From a virus (lineage: Duplodnaviria > Caudoviricetes), in the IMG/VR virus record IMGVR_UViG_3300035562_000123, positions 1 through 40,071 of that record: a stretch of 40,071 bases of DNA. One strand, 5' to 3'. The notes beneath the pieces are model-generated. The model had not been told where the DNA came from, ran no database searches, and saw only the letters and a program-made list of their open reading frames with translations. This document shows, in pieces, positions 1 to 8,517 of the stretch. Every line of letters starts with the position of its first letter. Within the stretch, counting starts at the first letter, position 1. The position numbers were made by a program, and so were the translations under genes.

Positions 1-93
1 CTACGCAGGCATATTGGTAAAATTATTGGCATGGCATCCATGTGCGAAACCAAGGAGCAGTATGAGAAAGCCCTTGAGAGAGTATTTAAATAA
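1..93 (+). CDS. 3' end of an upstream gene, possibly P63C-domain phage protein (partial)
   Basis: Frame 1 reads LRRHIGKIIGMASMCETKEQYEKALERVFK*, followed by a terminator; resembles P63C C-termini from memory; not in ORF track. Confidence 0.5.
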   Translation, partial: LRRHIGKIIGMASMCETKEQYEKALERVFK

Positions 94-109
94 CGGTTTT
101 TCTCCCAAG

Positions 110-133
110 CCCGGCCACCGCGCCGGGTTTTCT
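110..133 (+). terminator. Intrinsic terminator
   Basis: CCCGGC-caccgc-GCCGGG-TTTTCT after stop at 93. Confidence 0.7.
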
Positions 134-213
134 ACACCCACCATCTGTACTATACTCGCATCAGGGGCAAGGATAAGCCTCGTAGCAATACCCCTCCCAT
201 TTACTGATAATGC

Positions 214-238
214 CCGGCTGCCGTGCCGGTTTTTTTTT
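214..238 (+). terminator. Intrinsic terminator
   Basis: CCGGC-tgccgt-GCCGG followed by T9. Confidence 0.75.
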
Positions 239-477
239 GCCTGCCGTTCTCGACTCTCCTGCTCTACCGACACCCCACCCTCGCTCTGTAGCCGCTGCTG
301 AGGCATGAAACCCTGTCAGCCAATCAAGTCGCCGGGTAGACATGTCTAAGTAGTGCTGCCCCTGCCGATGTTCAACCTGACTGAACGCTACGAGGCCGGC
401 GATGGGGCAGCGGTTTTTAGATAGGGGCTGAATTCACATTTTCAATGCCTGCCGGATTCCATCCCGGTGCAAAGGCA

Positions 478-1215
478 TTACCAAATCAGGAACTGCGGGC
501 CGAATGTGAACCGCAGATAGAGACAGATCGATTTGTACTCATCGACAGTCAGTAGCCGATTGAACACCAGCACAACCGAAACATGCGCCCAGCCAGTAAA
601 CTGCCCAGCGCTGCGATGGCCACCGATCAGTAGCGTGCCTGATTGCACTTGCCGGCCAGCCCCCAGCGACGAATTAGAGACAATATTTTTTGCGGTCGGG
701 TCATAGAAACCCGATACAGAACGCCCTGGGTTGAATTGACCGGTTCCGATAACAAAATCAGTGCCTGGAATGTTCACGATCGGCGTAATCGCATTTGTCA
801 GCCCTGCTGTTACCCAAGCGTTCGCCACAACTGATGTGTCAGTGAGACGCAGTGAATCTCCGCCGACGCCGTCATAGTTCGACACAACCAGGCCTTGCGC
901 GGCGGAAGCCGCAGTATCTGAGCGCAGTGCTATTGAGATAACACTCATTTCGTTCTGTGACGGAATGCCGGTATCAAAGCAGTTTTGCGCGTTACAGACG
1001 GCATACGGGCCATCGAGCTGCGGACTACCGATTTTCTTCAGTGGCTTGGTTGGATCGGCATAGTTGTAAAGTGCGTCGGCGGTATATTCAGTTGTGAAAT
1101 ACGCACCGAGCAGTCCTAACTTCACAGGAACATCCAGAGCGATAGTTTCGAATTCAGACGCTTTCGGAAATCCTACACCTGGCATGGTCCAATTAATGAT
1201 CTCAGGAAATGGCAT
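478..1215 (-). CDS. Tail-associated beta-rich protein, LamG/concanavalin-like
   Basis: 245 aa; GAGG RBS; C-terminal LLIGG...VLVFNRLLTVDE resembles LamG motif; follows SGNH gene. Confidence 0.6.
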   Translation of the reverse strand: MPFPEIINWTMPGVGFPKASEFETIALDVPVKLGLLGAYFTTEYTADALYNYADPTKPLKKIGSPQLDGPYAVCNAQNCFDTGIPSQNEMSVISIALRSDTAASAAQGLVVSNYDGVGGDSLRLTDTSVVANAWVTAGLTNAITPIVNIPGTDFVIGTGQFNPGRSVSGFYDPTAKNIVSNSSLGAGRQVQSGTLLIGGHRSAGQFTGWAHVSVVLVFNRLLTVDEYKSICLYLRFTFGPQFLIW

Positions 1216-1225
1216 TTTTTACCTC

Positions 1226-3085
1226 TCAAAGGAATTTTTCAACGTTCTGTGTTGCCAGCAGTTGTGCACCGACGTCGTTTAGATGGAGGTTGTTAAACCA
1301 AAGACCAGCAGCATCACCATCAGCCCAATTTTTAGGGAACACGTCATATCCGCTATAGAACTCGGCATTTTTCTGGACTGCTAGGCTCCTGATTGCATCG
1401 TTAAACACCGACATATTTGTGGCGCCGGTTGCATTTGGCACGGGGGGTGAAATAAGAATGATGCCCATATTTGGATTAACAGACCGATATGCATCAATCA
1501 GATTGCTGTACCCCGTATAAAATGCGTTTACATCTTCGCTAAGACGGTAGTCATTAACCCCGATGATGATAATTGCGACGTCCGGGTTGATATATTCAAC
1601 AAAATGCGGAATGTGTGGCAGAACATAACTATACATCGGCGTTGTCATGCCGCCATTGCCGCATTTGTATAGCGTGGCGCCAGTAGGTTTATCAGCATTC
1701 AATCCGTAGATGGCCACGGTGCCAGTGTTCCCATTTGTGTTGATGCGCAGTGAGTGCTCTCCGTCCGCAAGCCCGGTAATATCGATGAATTTTTTCGTTT
1801 TCGTATTACCACCCACAACAGCTACCCAGTCCCCAGTCCCGTCGACTCGGTAATTAAACGCACCATCACCGTCATAATAATTGATACGCAGCGTATTGCA
1901 GTTAGTCCCATTAATTTGCAGGGTCGCGAACTGATTTGCAGACGTCAGTGAGAACCCATCATGCGAACAACCAATATCTGAATTTGGCGCACTACCGTTC
2001 GACGCATCATAAACAGTGAAACCGTTGTGAACGATAGAAACATTATTCAGGCAATTGTTCGTTTCCGTACCGCCGTCAATGTTAAATGAAATCCACCCAT
2101 CTCCGCCGCGCCCATATTTGAAATAAATCAAATTTGCGATAGCCTGTGAAATCGCTTTCCACTCCATCCACGAGTCGCCGACAGTGATAATTCTCAGATT
2201 TTGATTACTGCCAATATCATGCTTTGCCACTTTAGCTCGGTATGGCCATAGCGAGCTGCCATCAGTAAAACTCATTATCGCAGAACCTTTAAGCGTGTCC
2301 TTATGAATACCTTTACCAAAAATAAGACCGTCTTTGATAGCAATTGGCACGTTACCAGCCAAGTCTTGAGCGATAATAAAATCGCTGAGGTTACGCATGG
2401 GCTTCAACACGTTTTGCGGTATCCTTAATTTTTTAGCGATAGATTTAACTAGTCTATTACCAGCCCCAAACGCATCAAATCGGCCGAATTCGAATGATGT
2501 CAGTACATTGCCCGACATATCCTGCGCCGTAGAAAAGTGCTCGCGGCTTTGTGCAATGCGCTTCGTTTTGTTCTCTAGCGCACCAACGCGGCGCAATGCC
2601 TGCATTACGCGGCGCGATACTGACGTTACAAACCGCTCACTGGCCTCCGAGTTAATAAATTCAGCAACTCCCGCCGCATTTTTGTAGTAATTGAAAATGA
2701 CTGTTACACCGCCGCCGTCAGGAATAGCAACACGGAACATTTTCCCGTCTGGTGTCCCGGCTATGCCCGCAATCGTTCCGTCTGGATCGGTAGGTGTTGT
2801 GTAGTAGGTATTGGCATCTGCGATGTTCTGGGCGTTTTCTGCGGCCGCCTCTGCCTTAGTAGCGGCGTCTGTCGAGATGACTGCATTCTCAGCCACGCCG
2901 TGGGCGGCTTCTACTGCGCCAAGTTCAGCCTGCGAAGCCTTCGCTGCAGAATTGGCCGCCGAAATTGCGCTACCTTGTGCCGCCTGGGCGTATGCATCAC
3001 CTGCTGATGCGCCGGCGGTTCGGCGCTGACCAAGGGTAACAGAAACCCCTACCACGTCAGTGACTGGCAAACCATTATTTGACAT
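1226..3085 (-). CDS. SGNH/GDSL hydrolase tail spike or appendage (putative polysaccharide deacetylase)
   Basis: 619 aa; SGNH blocks VGDSW, CGNGG, GVND, NNLH; Ala-rich coiled stalk; DPDGTIAGIAGT motif recalled from enterobacterial prophage fibres. Confidence 0.8.
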   Translation of the reverse strand: MSNNGLPVTDVVGVSVTLGQRRTAGASAGDAYAQAAQGSAISAANSAAKASQAELGAVEAAHGVAENAVISTDAATKAEAAAENAQNIADANTYYTTPTDPDGTIAGIAGTPDGKMFRVAIPDGGGVTVIFNYYKNAAGVAEFINSEASERFVTSVSRRVMQALRRVGALENKTKRIAQSREHFSTAQDMSGNVLTSFEFGRFDAFGAGNRLVKSIAKKLRIPQNVLKPMRNLSDFIIAQDLAGNVPIAIKDGLIFGKGIHKDTLKGSAIMSFTDGSSLWPYRAKVAKHDIGSNQNLRIITVGDSWMEWKAISQAIANLIYFKYGRGGDGWISFNIDGGTETNNCLNNVSIVHNGFTVYDASNGSAPNSDIGCSHDGFSLTSANQFATLQINGTNCNTLRINYYDGDGAFNYRVDGTGDWVAVVGGNTKTKKFIDITGLADGEHSLRINTNGNTGTVAIYGLNADKPTGATLYKCGNGGMTTPMYSYVLPHIPHFVEYINPDVAIIIIGVNDYRLSEDVNAFYTGYSNLIDAYRSVNPNMGIILISPPVPNATGATNMSVFNDAIRSLAVQKNAEFYSGYDVFPKNWADGDAAGLWFNNLHLNDVGAQLLATQNVEKFL

Positions 3086-3111
3086 GATTTTATTCTCTGA
3101 ATAGTGCGAAG

Positions 3112-4023
3112 TTAATACCCAGTGGCTTCCCAGTATGCTGATAATTCGTTAGCGTTCATCCATACAAAGAACCCTGAATTATTGGCGCCTTGGGCAATAA
3201 TATTGTCAGTAGAACCACCGTTTTCACTAACCTGTCTTAATGTCAACTTGATGCATAGTAATTTATTGGGGAATGGAATTGGAAAGGAAACGGGATTTGA
3301 GTTGGCCGAACGATTTACTATTCCTCCCTGCACGATTTTCCCTGCAGAATCACGCGACCACCAATTATCGCCATCGACATGCAGTTCATCCGGTCGATTG
3401 TTTGGGCTGTAAACCCGTTGGCCCGACTCGAAAATTGGAACTCCATTAGTTGTGTAAAAATTCCCTGCGGCATCCACGCCAAAACCGCGACCACTATCAC
3501 TTCGGCTTACAGCGAGTGAACCATCATCATAAGCTGCCACTATGCCGGTTTGATGCCCATCTGCATGACGAAAAACCACCACGCCACCTTGCGTGCCAAC
3601 GTCACCAAGGGTATTTATAGGCCCGGTGATTGTCCCCCCGGTAATTGGCAGGGCGCCCACGTCACCAGAGGATAGCGCAATGTCACCGGAGAGCGATTTA
3701 CCGTTAACTTTCTGAGTCTTTAAAACATATCGCCCATCGACTGAGCTACCGGTCAAATATTGATAAATTGCTTTCTCAAAAGACAGCTTCAGTTTATTTA
3801 AATCACCATCATCGATTACATCATCACCAGACTGCTCAGCAATAAAGTTACCTAAAACAGCAGACATTACCGATGCTTGACGCCATGTTTTATTAAGCTG
3901 CTCGCTTTTCGCTATACCTGCCGTATACCCAGCTCCGACAGCTGGAAGCGCTTCATATTCTTCTTGGGTCAAAACGTTTGCATATTCACCGATGGCAAAC
4001 GGTTTAAATTCATTCTTTGCCAT
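3112..4023 (-). CDS. Tail fibre protein
   Basis: 303 aa; MAKNEFKPFA N-terminus, VNGKSLSGDI repeat, C-terminal FPIPFPN motif; follows baseplate genes. Confidence 0.85.
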   Translation of the reverse strand: MAKNEFKPFAIGEYANVLTQEEYEALPAVGAGYTAGIAKSEQLNKTWRQASVMSAVLGNFIAEQSGDDVIDDGDLNKLKLSFEKAIYQYLTGSSVDGRYVLKTQKVNGKSLSGDIALSSGDVGALPITGGTITGPINTLGDVGTQGGVVVFRHADGHQTGIVAAYDDGSLAVSRSDSGRGFGVDAAGNFYTTNGVPIFESGQRVYSPNNRPDELHVDGDNWWSRDSAGKIVQGGIVNRSANSNPVSFPIPFPNKLLCIKLTLRQVSENGGSTDNIIAQGANNSGFFVWMNANELSAYWEATGY

Positions 4024-4602
4024 TTATCCCTCCGCAACTTCATAATTGACGGTGATCCCCATCGGTTTAATCGAGAGATAACCTTGCCGAATAATTTCTT
4101 TAGTGATTGCGGGTATTACTGCACCGCGAGCAGTGATCGTCATGCTCATGTCGAGGTTGTCAGAAAAAGTGATCGAGATACCGCCTTCCGGATAAATAGC
4201 CGCCAAAACGGCGGGCAACGTTTCTACAGTGCCGTCCCAATTGTTGGCGCCGATTTTGGCACGCAGTACCGTTCGATAGGTGTCGTCATCCAGATCGATA
4301 TACTCATCACCGGAGTCATAACGCCCCTTCCACGTTCCCAGGTCGAAACCTAGATCCGGATCATCGAACGAAAAATAATGGTTCACTGCCGGCGCTCGTA
4401 TGCGGCGCCCGCGCCCCACCCACAGGCCGATAACATCGAGCTGAGCGCCGATGGCGTTGTCGAGGTCAAAGGCCAGCACGATACCGCGCGTACTGTCCTG
4501 TTGACGCGCGAACGCCTCAGTGACCGCATTGACGGTTGCGAAATATTCGGGGAATTGGCAGTGATAAGCGGGTATTAATGCGGTGTATTTGTTGGTCATC
4601 AT
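4024..4602 (-). CDS. Baseplate wedge subunit, DUF2612-like
   Basis: 192 aa; FDLDNAIGAQLDVIGLWVG and DDDTYRTVLRAKI motifs; ATGA overlap with baseplate J. Confidence 0.85.
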   Translation of the reverse strand: MMTNKYTALIPAYHCQFPEYFATVNAVTEAFARQQDSTRGIVLAFDLDNAIGAQLDVIGLWVGRGRRIRAPAVNHYFSFDDPDLGFDLGTWKGRYDSGDEYIDLDDDTYRTVLRAKIGANNWDGTVETLPAVLAAIYPEGGISITFSDNLDMSMTITARGAVIPAITKEIIRQGYLSIKPMGITVNYEVAEG

Positions 4603-5789
4603 GCCACCGTGATAATTGCGATATTCTCCGGCGAACAGGTCGCAGACTCGTTAAAAAGAATCGGGATATTGGCTTCATTCATCGCGACCGCGTCTTTGCC
4701 GATACTTACCGTCATAAGGTCATAGGTTTTACCGCTGTCAGCGTTGCCCAGCGTGGCAGGAACGTAGAGCCGCGAAAAATAGACTGTGTCGCCGATGTAA
4801 AGCGTGTTGATGTAGTCAGACACGGCTTTTTTTATGTCTTCACCGATGTCGCTGGTGTAGCCAGGAAGCACCTTAATTTTGATAGCCGCGTAAATCGGGA
4901 CTTTGGTCGGCCGGAAAAAATGGATCGGCTTGTCTGTGCCATAGGCATCTTTGACGATCACCGTCGTAGTGCCAAACGTCGGCGCGCCAGGTGATTTTTT
5001 TATCGCGATGATCCTGGCGATCTCTTCTGCATCGCCGCCGTCTACCACCATCGAAACCGCATGCGCCGGCACGCCGTTGATGTCGGTTTCAGAAGTGTCG
5101 TTGTCGTAGCCCTTATAGCGCGTCACGCCGGTGATATTGGCAATAGCGCCTATCAGGCCTTCCATGACAGTTCGGGACGGTAGCGCGACGCTGAGCGCCT
5201 GGCGCTGGCGGAGCTCTGCGTCAGTTTCTACCGGCTTGCCGGCGGTGGCCGCTTCAGGGTTCGTGACGGATTGCCAGCCGCGCGTAGGTGTAGCGATTTG
5301 CGAAACATCGCCAGGCAGCGCGGTGATGGCGCCTGCCTTCTGCGCCGTCGCGGTTACCACCGCCTGGCCGTGAATATCGAGCTCCACCTCTACCGGTAAA
5401 TCCCAGAGGTTCCCGGCGCTGTCGCGCACTGAGGCATTTCTGATGACAATGCCAACCTGGCCGATCAGCCTCACGTCAACCGTGGAATTTGACGGCGCCT
5501 TGCGGCTGATGCCGTTGATTTTGACGTTACTCGCCAGCCCCACGCCGGTGCCGGTCGCCGGGCTAAATGCGTTCCAGGTAGAAATCGCCGCATTGTTGCC
5601 GCCGTGCATCGCGTAGGCGATCAGCGACAACAGCACGCCGTCTTTGCTGTCTGGTTCGATGTAGATGTCATCGCCATAGATGCCGCGAAAAATCGTCTGC
5701 CACCCGGTGAGGATGGTCTGGAATTCAGGCGCGCTCATCCCTGCCGCCGTTATTTTTGGAAGCATCGAATCGATAATGTCTTCATACAT
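4599..5789 (-). CDS. Baseplate J/gp47-like wedge protein
   Basis: 396 aa; SPATGTG and ETDAELRQR motifs; synteny. Confidence 0.9.
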   Translation of the reverse strand: MYEDIIDSMLPKITAAGMSAPEFQTILTGWQTIFRGIYGDDIYIEPDSKDGVLLSLIAYAMHGGNNAAISTWNAFSPATGTGVGLASNVKINGISRKAPSNSTVDVRLIGQVGIVIRNASVRDSAGNLWDLPVEVELDIHGQAVVTATAQKAGAITALPGDVSQIATPTRGWQSVTNPEAATAGKPVETDAELRQRQALSVALPSRTVMEGLIGAIANITGVTRYKGYDNDTSETDINGVPAHAVSMVVDGGDAEEIARIIAIKKSPGAPTFGTTTVIVKDAYGTDKPIHFFRPTKVPIYAAIKIKVLPGYTSDIGEDIKKAVSDYINTLYIGDTVYFSRLYVPATLGNADSGKTYDLMTVSIGKDAVAMNEANIPILFNESATCSPENIAIITVA

Positions 5790-6132
5790 AGGTTGTTACC
5801 GAGGTTTGGCCGAAGGCGGTGTTTAGCGTGGCGGTGATCAGGAGGTCGCGCGTATCAACATCGCGCTGGCTCTGGTACTCGACGATCTCGGTCACGTTCG
5901 GCGTGCCGAGGATGCGCTCGCGGATCACGATGTCATAGAGGCCCGACGTGTATTTGCCGAGTATCTGCGTCCAGTCGGTGCCGGCGGAGGTATCGAGGAA
6001 CCACTCGCCCTTTCGCAGCTGCAGGCGGCTGATCACCGCCATGCCCACAGCCTCGGGCGTGTTAATGAAGAAATCACCCTCGCCGCGCCCGAAACTATAA
6101 TCGCCGTTCTTGTCTTCTTTCCGGTATCTCAC
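5782..6132 (-). CDS. Baseplate wedge/sheath initiator, Mu gp46 or gp25-like
   Basis: 116 aa; GEWFLDT..GT.W motif; between spike and J. Confidence 0.8.
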   Translation of the reverse strand: MRYRKEDKNGDYSFGRGEGDFFINTPEAVGMAVISRLQLRKGEWFLDTSAGTDWTQILGKYTSGLYDIVIRERILGTPNVTEIVEYQSQRDVDTRDLLITATLNTAFGQTSVTTYV

Positions 6133-6887
6133 TGCGGGCCTCCCGTCTGGCCACCGCCAGTTTCTACACCACCGTGCTTGTGCGTCTGCAGGCTGATGCC
6201 CCCGGCGTTGACGTCGTTCGTCACGTTCACCGGCCCCAGCATTGTCGCCGTGCCACCACCGTCACCCATGCCCTGCGACAGGTTGCCGTTGATGGTCACG
6301 TTGCCGTTGAGCACAATTTCGGGGGAGTTGATCTCCGTGCCGCCCTGCGCGCTGGCGGTCAGCTTGCCCGGCGTGGTAACGGTCACCGCGTGGCTGCTGG
6401 GGTCGAGTTCGATAAATGCGGCGCCGTCGTCGGTGCGCAGCTGCGCGGCGCTGGTGCTGATGTTCGCTATTTTTCTGGCACAAGACTGTAGGCCGACGAT
6501 AGCGAAGGCGTCGGACAGATCGTGCATGCGGCCGTCTACCGGTTCCTGAACCCCGCCGTTCTGCCACCAGAAATCGATACAGCGGTCGGCAAACACAAGC
6601 AGGCACTCATCCCCCGCCTTAACCGGAAACGTCAGCGTGACGCCGCCGCCACGCGGGAAAATGACTGGGATATCCACCAGCAGCGGCAGGCTGGAGGAAT
6701 TTCCGCCGCCGGCGCTTTCCGGCTCGTAACCCTTCACGGCAGGCAGGACAACGCAGGTCACCGCGTCCGCGTCAAAGGATTGGATGATGCCGGGGATCGA
6801 TACGCGCATTCCCGCGTTGATGGCGTCGATCAGTGCCTGGTCGGCCTGCTGCTTATCGCCGATTTGAGATGTGAGGGATACGGGCAT
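6129..6887 (-). CDS. Baseplate central spike, gpV/Gp138-like
   Basis: 252 aa; PVKAGDECLLVFADRCID, MHDLSDA, C-terminal HKH metal-binding tip. Confidence 0.9.
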   Translation of the reverse strand: MPVSLTSQIGDKQQADQALIDAINAGMRVSIPGIIQSFDADAVTCVVLPAVKGYEPESAGGGNSSSLPLLVDIPVIFPRGGGVTLTFPVKAGDECLLVFADRCIDFWWQNGGVQEPVDGRMHDLSDAFAIVGLQSCARKIANISTSAAQLRTDDGAAFIELDPSSHAVTVTTPGKLTASAQGGTEINSPEIVLNGNVTINGNLSQGMGDGGGTATMLGPVNVTNDVNAGGISLQTHKHGGVETGGGQTGGPQ

Positions 6888-6900
6888 GAATTTTTCTCAT

Positions 6901-6921
6901 AAAAAAACCCGCCGAAGCGGG
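6901..6921 (-). terminator. Intrinsic terminator of HEPN moron
   Basis: Minus strand CCCGC-TTCG-GCGGG-T7. Confidence 0.85.
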
Positions 6922-6940
6922 GTAATCAATTAGTAAAAAA

Positions 6941-7318
6941 TCATTTAGATGATATGCGCCTAAAGAAATTTTTTGCCGTTTCTATAGACTCTATTGCAAC
7001 ACTTTCGCCAATTGATGATTCACTTATGCGATAGTCAGACTCATTTCGTGCTTGCCGCATTTGTCTCAATTCATAACCCAATATCTTTAACCTCGCAGGA
7101 GACAATTCCTCCCTAGGAACCCCTAAATCACCACGCATATACTTAATCAAGTTTGAGTGATGATCCCTAGTGCATGAAGGGATATTTTTTAACTCCTCCT
7201 GTGCTTTGTGATACATTGAGTAGTAAGCACGAGATATCGTATTCCTATAGCCAACTTCACATGCAAAGTTCAAGCAATGCTGACTAGAATCAAGAAAGTC
7301 ATCACTTTTTATAGTCAT
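6941..7318 (-). CDS. HEPN-domain protein (SRAYY...RxxxDY type)
   Basis: YRNTISRAYYSMYH and RQARNESDY motifs; likely start MTIKS at 7318 (ORF track extends to 7363); AT-rich. Confidence 0.8.
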   Translation of the reverse strand: MTIKSDDFLDSSQHCLNFACEVGYRNTISRAYYSMYHKAQEELKNIPSCTRDHHSNLIKYMRGDLGVPREELSPARLKILGYELRQMRQARNESDYRISESSIGESVAIESIETAKNFFRRISSK

Positions 7319-8075
7319 AAATACTATCTTTTCCTCCATCTCTTTTTGAGGTGTACCTAGCAATCATTTCGCAACTATCCATAATTTCCATAGCACAGAC
7401 CCTTTCAGCCAACTCAATGTTTAACTTAACTATTTCACTTGGGTCAATATTGGGTAATTGCACAAGATAATCACCACCAAAATCAGCATGAATAGAAACA
7501 TTTTCAGGGGTTATTTTATGCTCAGATAAAATCTCATGAGTAACCAGTCCAAGGTTCTGCAGTTGCTCCGGCGAACAAACATTAGAGCTATATACATTAT
7601 TCAAAGTTGAAACGAGCTCATCTCTATAAGATACGGAAGCTTGAATATCATCTTCGCGTGAAAACATAGATGCGTGCTTTGATAAATGCTTCTCAACTAA
7701 ATCAATGTAACCAAGACGGTATGCTTCCGTCCCTGCTAATATACTAAAATCCTTCACGTAAAAATTATCAGAGAAATCGAATATATACTCCCTCAACTCA
7801 TTAAAGTAAAACTTTCTATAAATGAAAGCAATGAAATTTTGTGCTACGGTAAAATTCCCATAATCTAAGTTTTTTATGAAATGAGCTCTAGCTAAGTCAT
7901 CCTCATCATTAAGTGCATAAGCAAAACCAACAGCACTTACATCATTCGGATCTGAGCTATGCAGAAATTTACTTATTACAGCATGATATGTAAACTCATC
8001 AATCCTTTCATTTTCATGCAACATTTTTCCAAATCGATTAATAAATTCACTCGAGGCTCTCGCAGGCTGTGCCAT
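7302..8075 (-). CDS. Hypothetical partner of HEPN protein (helical/TPR-like N-terminus, alpha/beta C-terminus)
   Basis: 257 aa; AGGGG RBS; AT-rich; 17-nt overlap with HEPN gene. Confidence 0.8.
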   Translation of the reverse strand: MAQPARASSEFINRFGKMLHENERIDEFTYHAVISKFLHSSDPNDVSAVGFAYALNDEDDLARAHFIKNLDYGNFTVAQNFIAFIYRKFYFNELREYIFDFSDNFYVKDFSILAGTEAYRLGYIDLVEKHLSKHASMFSREDDIQASVSYRDELVSTLNNVYSSNVCSPEQLQNLGLVTHEILSEHKITPENVSIHADFGGDYLVQLPNIDPSEIVKLNIELAERVCAMEIMDSCEMIARYTSKRDGGKDSIYDYKK

Positions 8076-8105
8076 ATATCCCCTAAATATTACTTCATTT
8101 CATAT

Positions 8106-8134
8106 ATCCTAGCGTCTAAAAACACGAGTGTAAA
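8106..8134 (-). promoter_or_regulatory. Sigma70 promoter of HEPN moron
   Basis: Minus strand TTTACA-17 nt-TAGGAT, about 30 nt upstream of the ATG at 8075. Confidence 0.7.
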
Positions 8135-8154
8135 ACTTTGTGTCTCTGAAAATC

Positions 8155-8508
8155 CTAGTTTTGTCTATAACCAACTTTCACACAATCATAGGTCGCATAC
8201 TGGCGCGGCGCGTCGATGCTAGCCTGAAGCAGTTGAACGTTAAGAAAACGCTTCGTGCCCCCACGCTTCACGTACTCCATACCTAACCATTTCCCCGGCT
8301 GGTTCGTTGCGACGCGCCACTCCATTTTGACATTGTCGTAATCTGGTGGATTTGTCAGGTATGTAACTTTCTGGGTTTCTGGCCGCACTCCATTTATGTG
8401 CATGAATCCATCATTGCTCGGGGTTAAAAGATAATCTCCACACCGTACGTCTGCAGTAGCGTGCATTGAAAATGAAGCGGCAAGTAAACAAAAAATTATC
8501 CTTTTCAT
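8155..8508 (-). CDS. Exported small protein with Sec signal peptide
   Basis: 117 aa; MKRIIFCLLAASFSMHATA-D signal peptide; one Cys near each end of the mature chain. Confidence 0.8.
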   Translation of the reverse strand: MKRIIFCLLAASFSMHATADVRCGDYLLTPSNDGFMHINGVRPETQKVTYLTNPPDYDNVKMEWRVATNQPGKWLGMEYVKRGGTKRFLNVQLLQASIDAPRQYATYDCVKVGYRQN

Positions 8509-8517
8509 ATCCCCTGC

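Noticed and set aside
1-343. ORF-track calls 1..306, 14..301 and 161..343
   Set aside because: They cross two terminators and the better frame-1 gene end; no recognisable motifs
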